In this document: piece after piece, positions 29,506 through 43,300 of the stretch
Layout of the letters: the number at the start of each line of letters is the position of its first letter
Position numbering within the stretch: the stretch's first letter is position 1
Origin: Octopus sinensis
Taxonomy: Eukaryota
Length of the DNA: 64,000 nt
Direction of reading: 5' to 3'
Assembly: GCF_006345805.1 (NCBI RefSeq)
Contig: NC_043005.1
Span: 90,396,001-90,460,000, forward strand
Program-made: the position numbers and the translations under genes
The notes under the pieces: model-generated
What the model saw: the letters and a program-made list of their open reading frames with translations, nothing else
Database searches by the model: none
Told to the model about the DNA's origin: nothing

Positions 29506-32500
29506 TTTCAAATTTGGTACAGGGCCAGCAATTCTGGGAGAGGGGTTAAGTAGATTCCATGCCCCCCCCTCCCCAACACACACACAGTGCTCAACTGGTA
29601 CTTAATCTATCAATTCCAAAAGAATGAAAAGCAAAGCTGACCCCCATGAAATTTAAACTCAGAACATAAAGACAAATGAAATGCTACTGAGCATTTTGCC
29701 CACAGTGCTAACGATTCTGCCATTATGATGACGACGACGACGACGCCACCGCCGCCGACGACGACGACTGATTGGAAGTGTTATCATGTACATTGTTTTG
29801 TCTTGGTATAAAAGATGGGCTACAGCAAATATTCTGCTCAATACCACAGATTTGCTTGTCAGTTGTTTGACCGTAACCAGTTGAGCATGTCCCTTACGTG
29901 CATCTCTGATCACAAGCAGAAGTAGCTGAGGAGCAAAATAGCCATGTCTTGAGAGGAATTCTTTGGGATTTAGTTAATTCACCTCTGGAGACATGGGTGT
30001 TTTGTTCAACATCCTTAAATAACCCTTATTCAGGGACCTTTTGAGTGGAATGGGTTACTTGACCAGAAGAAAAATCTAACTGGGCCCCACCTGTAAGGTC
30101 ATGTGCTGTTTATCTTGAAATGAGATCACCACGTCGCACACATATGGTTGTGATGCATGTGCCTAGTGTACCCTTATCCGACGGGTAGTCATGATGGGTA
30201 TACCCCAGTGTCACATTGATGGCATGCACTGCTCTCTCCCTCGATGATGATGATGATGACGATGATGATGTTGATGAGGAGTTAACTAATTAAGCATTCA
30301 TTTTTTTTTTTCTATCTAGGTGGAATAATTTTGTTTCCCAATGTAGAACCAAACCCAGATGGAAAGCCTATGTTACTGTCGTCTAACATTGATAACAATT
30401 ATGCTGGTAAGTCTACTTGTTTTCCTGTTTCACTTTCATTCATTTCACTCTTCTTTTCAAGAGGACAATTTTCTTAATTACAGAGATGTACTTGCATAGC
30501 AAGTGACCTGATCTGAGATCGTGTGCTGAAACAAAAATAATTGCAGCGTGGAAAGGTGTTTATAAGCAATTTAAGAAATACACAAAAATCGTTAGATTCA
30601 CTCCAACATTTAAATTTAATTTGCCAAAATATTTTCAGCGCTTTGAAACCACAACCTATTCACTGACAAAATTTTGTGCTGCACAGAATTTTGTCAGTGA
30701 ATAGGTCGTGGTTTTAAATTGACGGAAATATTTTGGCAAATTAAATTTAAATGTTGAAGTGAATCTAACGATTTTTGTGTATTTCTTAAATTGTTTATAA
30801 ACACCTTCCATGTGGCAATTATTTAATTTTCTTAATATATTCTATATACTTCTATTGGTGCAAGCATGGCTGTGTGGTTTAGTAGTTTGCTTCCCAATCA
30901 TATGGTTTCAGGTTCATGCCCACTGTATGACACCTCAGGCAAATGTCTTCTGCTATTGCCCCTGGCTGACCAAAACCTTGTGAGCAGATTTGACAGATGG
31001 AATACAAACTCATCTACCCATACTGCTAGTACCTCTGCTACCCACCTTGTACCTTAAGATCCCACCTGAACTTGCAGCTTCTACTGATCATTGCAGGCTG
31101 CAAGGCAACCTCACTAGTGCTGGTAGCGCAGAAAAAGTACTCAATACAAGCTGTGAAGTGGTTGGCATTAGAAAGTGTATCCAGCCATAGAAACCATGCC
31201 AAAGCAAACACTGGAACATAATGCATTCATGGGACTTGTTGGATTCAGTCAATCCTGTCAAATCATCCGACCCATGCCAGTATGGATCATGGATGTTAAA
31301 AATGAGGATGACAACAATGCTGATGACAATGATGGTGATGGTGGTGGTGATCATCATCATCATCATGGTCATCATCATCATGTCTTTTTTGTGTATTGTT
31401 GTTCTTGTTCTTGTTGTTTAGGAACAAATCAGTCTTGATCAATCTGACTTAAGGTCAAAGGTATCTCTTTTTATTCACTTTATTCAAAATCATAGTGTAT
31501 CTAAGATTCCATTGTTCTTTTTGCAGTTATTTTAGAATTAATAAAGTATGTTTGAGAAAGGTTTAGCTGTTGTCTTTAGCAAGCCAAATGACCACAGAAG
31601 GGCATTCAAGAGCGTTCATATATACATGGTTGTAGTGGCTGCTGTTGCTGTTGTTGTAATAGTTGTTGTTATTTAACCCCGTGTCAGAAGCCCTGAATGA
31701 GCAACCTATGATGAAGTGTAATCTAGCCATGACCATCCTGTCTGCATTTTTTTCAGCAATTTTAAACATCATGTGACACTGACACCAATGGGAAAGCCTC
31801 TTAATGGCCATTTAGATTACTAGAAACAGCAGGCTGAAAAATAGACTAGCAGATGGTACAGTCATGGCTGGATTACTCATAGTTACATCATCATCATCAT
31901 CATCATCACCATTTAACGCCTGTTTTCTATACTGGCATGGTTGGATGGTTTGACAGGAGGTGGTGATCTAGAAAGCTGCACCAGCCTCCAGTTGTCTGTT
32001 TTGGTATGGTTTCTATGGCTGGATGCCCTTCCTAATGCTAACCACTTTACAGAGCATAGTGGGGGAATTTTACAGAGTGCCAGCATGGGTGCCTTTTATG
32101 TGGCACTGGAACAGGTGCTTCCTTCCATGACACTAGCATAGATGCCTTTTATGGGGTGCCAACGTGAGCGCTCTGTATGTAGTGCTGGCACATATACTTT
32201 TTACATAGGTTCTTATTTCAATTAATTGTGAAAATAATGAAGAATTTAATTGAATAACTATCGTTAAGGTCGTATTTGTAAGAAATTAATATGAAATTTT
32301 GATGGAAGATTCAAATTCAAATTCCTTTAAAACAGGAAGTTTGCATCATAGAATCATAGAATCAGACGGGTTGGCATCAAAAATGTTGCACAGTCTGGTT
32401 GTTTAGGCTTTTAATGTTGATGTATTTTTGTTGTGCTTCTTGTGTTTCAAGTGTTTTGAACAATGGAATGCATAATAAAACTAGCACATATGGAAATAGC

Positions 32501-35500
32501 TGCCCTGACATTAGAACTGCTATTTATCTGTATATTTTAATTAACACACATTCACACACATACATACATAATTACTTTAAAGAAGGTAGTTGTGTTAAGC
32601 CGGAACAATGTGAGAATGTACAAATTAAACAACAAAATGAAAAGAAAACAGAACAAAGTTGCAGTTTTATCTTGTATTTCTATATTTCGGGATGAAGAGC
32701 CCTTCTTCAGGACATTTAGAAAAGCAGAGGCTGGAAAAAATTTGTTGTTCAGATGTGTGTGGGTGGAGGAGAGGGACAAAGGAGGAAGGTGATATGCGCA
32801 GGCTGTTGTTGCATACATACACATGCATATATATACATCTGGCACTCTGTTAGTTATGACAGTGAGGGTTCCAGTTTATCTGATTGACAGAACAGCCTGC
32901 TCGGGAAATTAACATGCAAATGGCTGAACATTCCACAGACAAATGTACTATTAACGTAGTTCTCAGAGAGATTCAGTGTAACACAAACTGTGACAAGGCT
33001 GGCCTCTTTGAAATACAGGTACTACTCATTTTTGCCAGCTGAGTGGACCGGAGCAACGTGAAATAAAGTGTCTTACTCAGGGACACAATGCATCGCCAGG
33101 AATTGAACTCACGACCTTATGATCATGAGTCGAATTCCTCTAACCACTGAGCCACGCATCTTCACTGCTGGCACACATATATATATATTGACATACATGT
33201 ACACACACACACACAAATTCCACCAAAGTCAATTCTATTTATCACCCCTCCAGGGGTACCAGTCACATACTGGTATCAACTTGCCCCCTCTTCTCAAAAT
33301 TGTTATCCTTGGATCTAAATCAGAAACTGTTATCTATAATTAATAGTTTGTGGGTGCAGATGTGGCTGTGTGGTGAAAGTTTGCTGTATAATCATATGGT
33401 TCCAGGTTCAGTCCCACCACATGGCACCTTGGGCACATGTCTTCTGCTATAGCCAAGGGTCGACCAAAGCCTTGTGGAAGGATTTTGTAAACGGAAACTG
33501 AAAGAAATCTGTATTGTTGTGTGTGTGTGTTGGTTTGATTATATCCCCATAACACTGTGGTTCAGAAAAAGAGGTCTTAGAATAAGTACTAAGCTCTAAA
33601 AACAAGTAGTAGGGTTGATTCATTTGACTAAAACCCTTCCAGGTGGTGCTCCAGCATGGCTGCAGTCCTGTACTAAAACAAGTGGAAGATCTCAAAGATA
33701 GTAGCCATATACTTACTACATGCTCTCATTGCACAACAAAATTCAATTCTATGTTCTTGTGTTAAGTGGACTATTTGGTTTTAGTTCTGCCCCTTCCATT
33801 GTATTGGAAACACCCAATGTGAACGTGTAGGCTGTACTTAGCAGCACACTTTTCTCTATGATGTTGATATTTGAACATCCTGGGGTTTCACTTATGCATT
33901 CACCTGCTTTAATTTTTATCAGACCCAAGACATTTTATTATCCAAGGGATTGTTTATGTCTTCAATCCTTACATTCCAGTTATCTATTTCCAGATCTTTT
34001 TATTTGGATAGCATCTTGATTTCTTTTGGTGATACCTCGATGTCTGTAGGGACTGAAACTTCAATTAGAAGCCACTTTACTTATCTTGATAGTCCTTAGA
34101 AAACCTTCGTGCTGCTGCTGCTGCTGCTGCTGTCATTATTATTAGCAGGGGTTGCAGCCCTGTTAACCCTTTTTTTGTTATTAATATTTCTCTTGAAATG
34201 TGTTACCTTGTTTTAATTAATTTTGAAGATAATGAGGAATTTTGTAAAATAACAATGTTTTTATTAGTTTGGTATTTGGAACAAAAATTAACATAAAATT
34301 TTGATGGGAAGTTTTGATTTAGATTCTTTCAAACATGAAATGTTTTTTAATCATAGAGCCAGGTGTTGTGTTGGGTGGATTGGTATCAAAAGTAGGCAAG
34401 GGAATTGGTTGACAGAATCTGTAGGGATGTATAAAATAAATCTTTATTGTTTGGAGAGTAGAATTACAGTAATGGTTGAACACTAGGGTGATATACATAG
34501 GAGTGTCTAAACATGAACCAACCAACAAAAGTCTTTATTTGGCCATGCAACCTGCTAGAAATATCAGGTAAAATTACTTCATATTAATCCCTGCAATCTT
34601 AAAAAATAATGGCTCATTGGATAATGTAGTCCTGGATAAATAAGAGGTTGTGTGTGTTGTCACAACGAAGATATTCAAACTTCTTGTAGGGATATTTATC
34701 CAAGATACACTGGTTTGATATTTTAAATTTTGAAGATATAATCCTTCAATGAATATATTATATTGAATATTGTAAGATATCAGACAATTTTATTGAGTTA
34801 GAAAAGAGAGAGAGCTAACGGATACAAATTGATTTATTAATTAATCAGCACATTCACCAACAATTGTTTCATTTCGTTTTGGTGAATATGTTGATTAATT
34901 AATAAATCAATTTGTATCCATTTGATCTCTCTCTTTTCTAACTCAATAAATATATCTTCTCCTCCTCCTCCTCTTCTTCTTGAGTTGGAGGGAGCTAGTC
35001 AATTACATTGACCCCAGTATGTAACTGGTACTTATTTCATTGACCCTCAAAGGACAAAAGATGAAGTCACCTTGGTGGAATTTGAACTTAGACCATAAGG
35101 ATGGACGAAATGCCGTTGAGCATTTCACCTGGCATGCTAATGACTCACCACCTTCTTTACTAATAATAATAATAACCTTTCTATTATATGTACAAGGCCT
35201 GAAATTTGTTGGGGGGACTAGTCGATCATATCGACCTCATTACTCGACTAGTACTTAATTTATCAACCCCAAAAGGATGAAAGGCAAAGTCAACCTTGGC
35301 GGAATTTGAACTCAGAACGTAACAGCAGACGAAATACTGCTAAGCATTTCGCCCGGTGTGCTAACGATTCTAACAATATGCTTATTACATACAGAGCCCT
35401 GATACACTTTGACTCATTGGAAAATGGCAAAAGAGGGAATAGAAGAAAAAACAGTAAAGAAAGACAGCAATGAAAGCTTGAAGTGCATACGTAATACACA

Positions 35501-37303
35501 GAATAAAGCACAAAAAGATAGAAAAGGGAACGTTTAAAGACCCCTAAAGAGGAGCACGTTAACGCTGAAGTGATTGTTCTTTTACCACCACCACAGCTAT
35601 TACAGCTATTGTTACTGCAGCTACTACTACCACCACCACATGGTAGTTGTTAAGGCGGCGAGCTGGCAGAAATGTTAGCACACCGGGTGAAATGCTCACT
35701 GGTATTTCACCTGCCGTTATGTTGTGAGTTCAAATTCCACCGAGGTCGACTTTGCCTTTCATCCTTTCAGGGTCAATAAATTAAGTACCAGTTGGGCACT
35801 GGGGTTGATGTAATCGACTTAATCCCTTTGTCTGTCCTTGTTTGTCCACTCTATGTTTAGCCCCTTGTGGGTAATAAAGAAATAAGTAGTGTTTGTAGTA
35901 ATAGTGAAGGTGCATGGCTCAGTGGTTAGAGCGTCAGACTTACAATCATGAGGTTGTGAGTTCAATTCCCAGACCAGGCTGTGTTGTGTTCTTGAGCAAG
36001 ACACTTTATTTCACGTTGCTCCAGTTCACTCCGCTGTAGAAATGAGTTGTGATGTCATTGGTGCCAAGCTGTATCGGCCCCTTTGCCTTTCCTTTTTATA
36101 ACATTGGTGGCGTGTAGAGGGGGAGGCTGGTATGCATGGGCAACTTCTGGTCTTCCACAAAAATAACCTTGCCCAAACTTGTGCCTTGAGGAGGGAACTT
36201 TCTAGGCACAATCCCTTGGTCATTTGTCACTGAAGGGGTTCTTTTGCTACCACAGACACCATCACCACCACCACCACTACTACTGCAACTACTTTGCTCA
36301 ATCATTACTACCACCACCCCTACTACTACTACTACTACTACTACTACTATACCAATCACTGTATTTTCTTGTCTGGCTTCCAATTAATTAACTCTGATTA
36401 GGATGGATGGTTTTCTCATGAAGGTTTATAAATGATAAAACACTGATGAGATCTGATTAGGCTCAAGGCCAATTCTTTCTGTGTCTGTTGAGTGGACAAC
36501 AGTATATTACTGGTATCTATTTTCTCTCTTTCCCTTTTTTGCTTATTGGAAGGTTGAAAAGCATTGTTGTATCACATGAGCTACACACACACACACACAT
36601 ACACACACACACACATGCTCACACACTCATATACACATACATGTACCCACACACGTATGCACTCACACAGACACACACATGTTTACATAGACACACATGC
36701 ACATGCTCTCTCACCACACACACACATATACAATTACATGTACTCAGACACACACACACACATGCTCACATACCCAGGCTCACACACACACACACACATG
36801 CTCACATACCCAGGCTCACACACACACACACACACACACATGCTCACATACTCAGGCTCACACACACTCTCAGCTCTGCCTCTTATCCTTTCAGTCTTAA
36901 AGAAATAAATACTCCTTATATACTGGACTCAGATTCTATTAAAAATATCCCGGCTTCACAATATACAGCATTATACTAATGTGCGAAATACTAATTGAGT
37001 TACTGTTATTATTGTAATTAGGAAAAAGGAGGTGAGCTGACAGAATTGTTGGCACACTAGGCAGAATGCTTTGTGGTATTTCATCTATCTTTACGTTCTG
37101 AGTTCAAATTCCACCAAGGTTGACTTTGTCTTTCATCTTTTCGAGGTTGATAAATTAAGTACTAGTTGAGTACTGGGGTGGATGTAACTAACTTATCCAC
37201 ACCTCCGAAATTGCTGGCCTTGTGCTAAAATTTAAAATTATTATTATTATTATTATCATTATTATTATTGTTATTATTATTGTTATTGTTATTATTATTG
37301 TTA

Positions 37304-37340
<37 letters not shown>

Positions 37341-40300
37341 CAATCGTTTCTTTTTGTTTGTTTTTAGGTTATGCTGTAGCTTCTGGAAAATTCTTTAATA
37401 ATAAATATGAATACTATGTCATGGGTGTACCCCGAAATGGCAGTGGAGCTGTAAGTTGCTTATTTTGTGGCATTCATCCCTCTCTTTTCTCCTGCTTGTG
37501 TGGTAAGAAATTTCTCTCTCAACCATAGTGTCAGGTCTAATCTCAGTACATGGGCAAGTGTCTTCTACTATAGCCCAGGGCCTACTAAAGCCTTGTGAAT
37601 GCATTTGATAGATGCAAACCAAAAGAAGTCTGCAGATTGTCAGACAGTAACTGAGGTATTTCGGATTGCCAGACAGTAACTGAGGTATTTCGGATTGCCA
37701 GACAGTGTGTGAGAGAAAATAGTGATGTTACAGGAGAGAAATGTGTCCGCATGGATGATGGGGCACTTGCTTTTAATGTTGGTGAAAAGAAAGAGGCTTG
37801 GAGAAGCCATTATGAAAGACTGCTGAATGTGGAGAATGAATGGGAGGAGGAGAGCCTGCCAAATGTTGACCCAGTAGAGGGACCAGCTATCCGAATAGAC
37901 AGCTCCCTTGTAGTTAAAGCAATTAAGGGTATGAAACCAGGTAAAGCCCCTGGCCCATCAGGAATCACTGCTGAGATGCTTAAAACAGCTGGTTATGTGG
38001 GTTATGGCCTAGTCACCCGCATTGTAAACCAGGTAGTTCATAATGGAGTCATACCCAATGACTGGCGTAGCAGCACCATAGTCAACTGCTACAAGGGTAA
38101 GGGTGATGCTCTAGATAGAAATAACTACAGGGGTATTAAACTGTTGGATCAGGTGATGAAGGTCACGGAGAGGGTCATAACCCATCTCATTAGGGAGAGA
38201 ATTTTCTTAGATGAGATGCAGTTCAGTTTTGAGCCGGGTAGAAGCACCACTGATGCTATATTCCTGGTCCGACAACTGCAGGAGAAGTACCTAGCTAAAG
38301 ATAAACCCCTCTACATAGCTTTTGTGGACTTGGAGAAAGCCTTTGACAGGGTCCTCCGATCCCTTATCTGGTGGTCGATGCGGAAACTGGAGATTGACGA
38401 ATGGCTAATAAGGGCTGTACAGGCCCTATATAGAGAGGCTGTCAGCAAGGTTAGGATTGGCAACGAATATAGTGAAGAATTCCGGGTAGAAGTAGGTGTA
38501 CACCAAGGCTCAGCCCTCAGTCCCCTTTTATTCATCATAGTCCTCCAGGCAATAACAGAGGAATTCAAAATAGGTTGGCCCTGGGAGCTCCTCTATGCTG
38601 ATGACCTGGCTCTCATAGCAGAATCACTACCGGAACTAGAAAAGAAATTTCGGGTGTGGAAGCAAGGGTTAGAATCAAAGGGCCTTAGAGTAAATGTAGC
38701 AAAGACCAAAGTTATAGTAAGCAGAAAGGCGAACTCAGCACACACCCCCTCGGGCAGGTGGCCCTGCTCAATCTGTAGGAAAGGTGTAGGTAGAAACTCC
38801 ATAATATGCACCCAGTGTAAGCTATGGATGCATAAGAGGTGCAGCAACATCAAAGGGAAATTAACTGATAAGATAGCTTTCATGTGCGGCAGATGCACAG
38901 GGACAATAGACACCACAGATACTCAGAAAACAGATTCCATCACACTCCAGGGGGAGAAACTAGAAGTAGTTGATAGTTTCCGCTACCTGGGTGACCAAGT
39001 TAGTAGTGGAGGTGGATGCTCAGAGAGTGTCACCACTAGAATACGAATAGCCTGGGCAAAGTTCAGAAAGCTCCTACCCCTACTGGCGACAAAGGGTCTC
39101 TCGCTCAAAGTGAAAGGTAGATTTTATGATGCATGTGTGCGAACTGCCATGCTTCACGGTTGTGAAACATGGGCTGTGACTGCAGAGGACATGCGTAGAC
39201 TTGAAAGGAATGAAGCTAGCATGATCAGCTGGATGTGTAATGTCAGTGTGCGTGCACGACAGAGGGTAAGCACCCTGAGAGAAATGGTGGACATAAGAAG
39301 CATCAGATGTGGTGTGCAAGAGCGATGCTTGCAATGGTATGGTCATGTACTGCGGATGGATGAGGAGAGATGTGTGAAGAAGTGCCACTGCCAAACAGTT
39401 TAAGGTATCAGGGAGAGAGGTAGACCCAGGAAGACATGGGAAGAAGTAGTCAAGCATGACCTCAGAGCGTTGGGCCTCACTGAGGCAATGGCAAAGGACT
39501 GAGATCTCTGGAGATATGCTGTGACTGCAAAGATCCGGGCTACTTCCTGCACCAGTTCCGCATAGCCCCTGCCCATTCAAAGTACCTTGGATTCCAGAAC
39601 ATCCTGCTGTGCTTGAAGAGACCTGTTGAGTCAAGTACATGAACATCGAAACGAATATCAATGGAAATAGTAGTTGTGACACTTGTGCCGGTGGCACATA
39701 AAAAGCACCGTCCGAACGTGGCCGTTGCCAGCGCCACCTCGACTGGCTTCTGTGCCGGTGGCACATAAAAAGCACCATCTGAACGTGGCCGATGCCAGCG
39801 CTGCCTTGGCTGGCTTCCGTGCCGGTGGCACATAAAAAGCACCAACCGATCAAGGCCGATGCCAGACTCCCCTGGCACCTGTGCAGGTTGTACGTAAAAA
39901 GCACCCACTACACTCGCGGAGTGGTTGGCGTTAGGAAGGGCATCCAGCTGTAGAAACACTGCCAGATCAGACTGGAGCCTGGTGCAGCCCCTGGCTTCCC
40001 AGACCCCAGTCGAACTGTCCAACCCGTGCTAGCGCAGAAAACGGACGTTAAACAATGATGATGATATATATACTCTTTTACTCTTTTACTTGTTTCAGTC
40101 ATTTGACTGCGGCCATGCTGGAGCACCACCTTTAGTTGAGCAAATCGACCCCAGGACTTATTCTTTGTAAACCTAGTACTTATTCTATCGGTCGCTTCTG
40201 CCGAACTGCTAAGTTACGGGGATATGAACACACCAGCATTGGTTGGCAAGCGATGTTGGGGGACAAACACAGACACAAACATATATATACATATACACGA

Positions 40301-43300
40301 CAGGCTTCTTTCAGTTTCCATCTACCAAATCCACTCACAAGGCTTTGGTCGGCCCAAGGCTATAGTAGAAGATACTTGCACAAAGTGCCACGCAGTGGGA
40401 CTGAACCCGGAATCATGTGGTTGGCAAGCAAGCTACTTACCACACAGCCACTCCTGCGCCTAACTTCGTAAACTCCAATCACTCTTCCATTCCACCCTAC
40501 CCGACGCCACTACCCCAACTCCTCCACCACCCTTCTCCCCTCCCGATAGGCTCCATCCACCCACACCTAACCCCACTGCCCCTCCCGATAGGCTCCATCC
40601 ACCTACACCTAACCCTACTGCCCCGCCCAACCACCCCCACACACCTCCCCAATCCCTCCCCCTCAGACCTCCACGAGACCTACCACCCCTCCTACTTCTA
40701 TTCCACCACCCTTCTCCACTTCCGTCTGTTGTTACCATTCCCCCCGATCTTCCCCTCTCTGCGGCTGAACGCTCCGTCCTTGGTAGGGGTCTGCGTTTCA
40801 TCCCCCTCACTCCATCCTGTAAGGAATTCCAGACGCGAGTTGATGTTCACAGCTTTGTGCGCCGTGTCCGGTTGGGTGCGCATTACCACGACTCGCCACC
40901 CACACCCAACGAAGAGGACTGCTTCACTGGCCTGGGCCGCCGACCATCCCCGTGGACGCCTGCCCCTGGCCAGATCCTAGCAGTGGATCTTTTCGCGGGC
41001 GCTTGTCAGCGTGCATTGGAGCGGTTCAACTTCTCCAGGCGCCAACGCCGCCTCAACATCTCCCCGGCTGAGCTCTTGGCTCTTCGTTCCCTCCAACGGC
41101 GCGCTGACATTATCATCAAACCGGCTGACAAGGGTGGAGCTGTAGTGGTGTGGCGCGCGGAACTCTATAGGGCCGAGGCTTTCCGCCAACTCAATGACAC
41201 CTCCTTCTATTCCCCTCTGCCCTCTAACCCCACACGTAGCTACCAACAGATGGTATCCTCTACTGTCCACGACCTCATCTCGTCCTCCCATCTCCCCCGC
41301 ACCGCATCCAACCTAATTGTGCGAACCCCACGTACCCCCACCATTTACTTCCTCCCCAAAATTCACAAACCCAACAACCCTGGTTGCCCCATCGTCTCCG
41401 CCTGTAACTGCCCCACGGAGCTCATCTCTAAATACCTCGACCGTGTCCTTGCCCCCCTAGTGGCATCTCTTCCCTCCCACATCCACGATACCAACCATGC
41501 TCTCCGGCTTTTCAACTCTTTCTCCTTTCCTCCCGGCTCCTCCAAAATCCTTTTTACTATGGACATCCAAAGCCTCTATACTGTTATCCCTCACCACGAA
41601 GGACTGCAGGCCCTTCGACACTTTCTTGACCTCCGCTCTAACCCTGTACCTGACACCTCCACACTCATTCGTCTGGCCGAACTTGTCCTTACTCTGAACT
41701 GCTTCTCGTTCGCGGGCAAGTTCTACCATCAGGTCTCAGGAGTGGCCATGGGAACGCGAATGGGCCCCAACTATGCGAACCTGTTCGTTGGCTATGTTGA
41801 GGCCCAAATATTCTCTAATTTCACTGGTCCCACTCCTGAACTATATGGTCGTTACATTGACGACATTATCGGTGCCACCTCACTCTTCCGCGAACATCTA
41901 GATTCCTTCCTCTCTTTCGTCCAATCTTTCCATCCAGCCCTCCACTTCACTTCCACTATCTCCAACACCTCTGTCTCCTTCCTCGACATTTCGGTGAGCA
42001 TTCTTCACTCCACTCTTACCACCTCCATTCACTACAAACACACAGACTCACACTCATACCTCAACTTCTCTTCCTCCCACACAGAACACACCAAGCTTTC
42101 CATCCCCTATTCCCAATACCTCCGTCTACGTAGGCTCTGTAGTGACGACCATGACTTTGAGACTCAGTCTCAACGTATGGCTCACCACTTCACCCTACGT
42201 GGATACCCCCTCACCACTATCCACACCGCCCTTGCCAGAGCACGGTCCGTGGACCGTGTATCTGCTCTCTCTCCCCGAACCCGCCCTGTAGTCTCCCGCC
42301 TCCCTTTTCCCCTCACTTACCACCCCACGACCCTACGTCTCCAACGCACCATTCTTCGAGCTTTCCGTCATCTCCAGTCTGACCCGTCCACTTCACACCT
42401 CTTCCCTAACCGACCCCTCCCCTCTTTCAAACGAGCCCACAACCTTCGAGACCTTTTGGTCCATAGCTCCTTCCCTGACCCTACCTACCAACCCGGCTCG
42501 TTCCCCTGCTCCCGCCCACGTTGCCGCACTTGCCCTTACCTCTCCAACACCACCCGCCTCACTAGCACCCACCATCGACCCTATCCCATCATCCACTCCT
42601 TCACCTGCACCTCCAGCAATATTATCTATTGCATCTCTTGCTCTCTCTGCAATTCCTTGTACATCGGACAAACGGGACGCCGCTTGGCTGACCGGTTCGC
42701 GGAACACCTTCGTGACATCCACCTTGCGAACGACACACCGGTCTCACGCCATTTCCGCTCCACCGGCCACTCCTTGCAACACCTATCTGTGTTCGGTTTG
42801 TCCTTACACAGAGGCCATCCGGATTCCCGTTTGCGCCGTGAACAGGAATTAATCTTCTCTCTTCGCTCTTATACGCCATTTGGTCTCAACTCCCCCCCCC
42901 CCCCTCCTCACCTATCCTTTCCCCCCGACCCCTACTTCTTCAGTCCTTCATCCTTTCACCCCTTCTTCCCTCTTTCTCCCTCCCTCCTTCCCTCTTCCCC
43001 TTCCCTCTGCTCCCTCACTCCCTCTCTCCCCTTCTCTCTCCCCCTCTTTCCTCCTTCCTCCCCCTCCTCCCCTTCCTTCTCCCCCATCCTCTCCTCTCCT
43101 TCCCCTCCCCTTCTCTCCCCCTCCCCCTCTTCTCCTCACTACACCACACGACTTTACACATCACATCATATATGATGTGCCATACTAATACATACACCAA
43201 CTAATACATACTAATACGTACTAATACATACTAATACATACTAATACATACACCAACCCTATACATACACACGTCCAGACCCCTCATACGCACTTATACT

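Noticed and set aside
35906-35985. tRNA gene-like sequences (also 45879, 47060-47135, 63726)
   Set aside because: A and B boxes are present but there is no acceptor-stem closure, and they continue into shared SINE bodies.
42880-43200. Pro/Ser-rich and Gly/Arg-rich ORFs at the PLE 3' end
   Set aside because: By-products of a C/T-rich low-complexity tract. The C-terminal extension of the PLE frame after GLN may itself reflect poly-C length variation.
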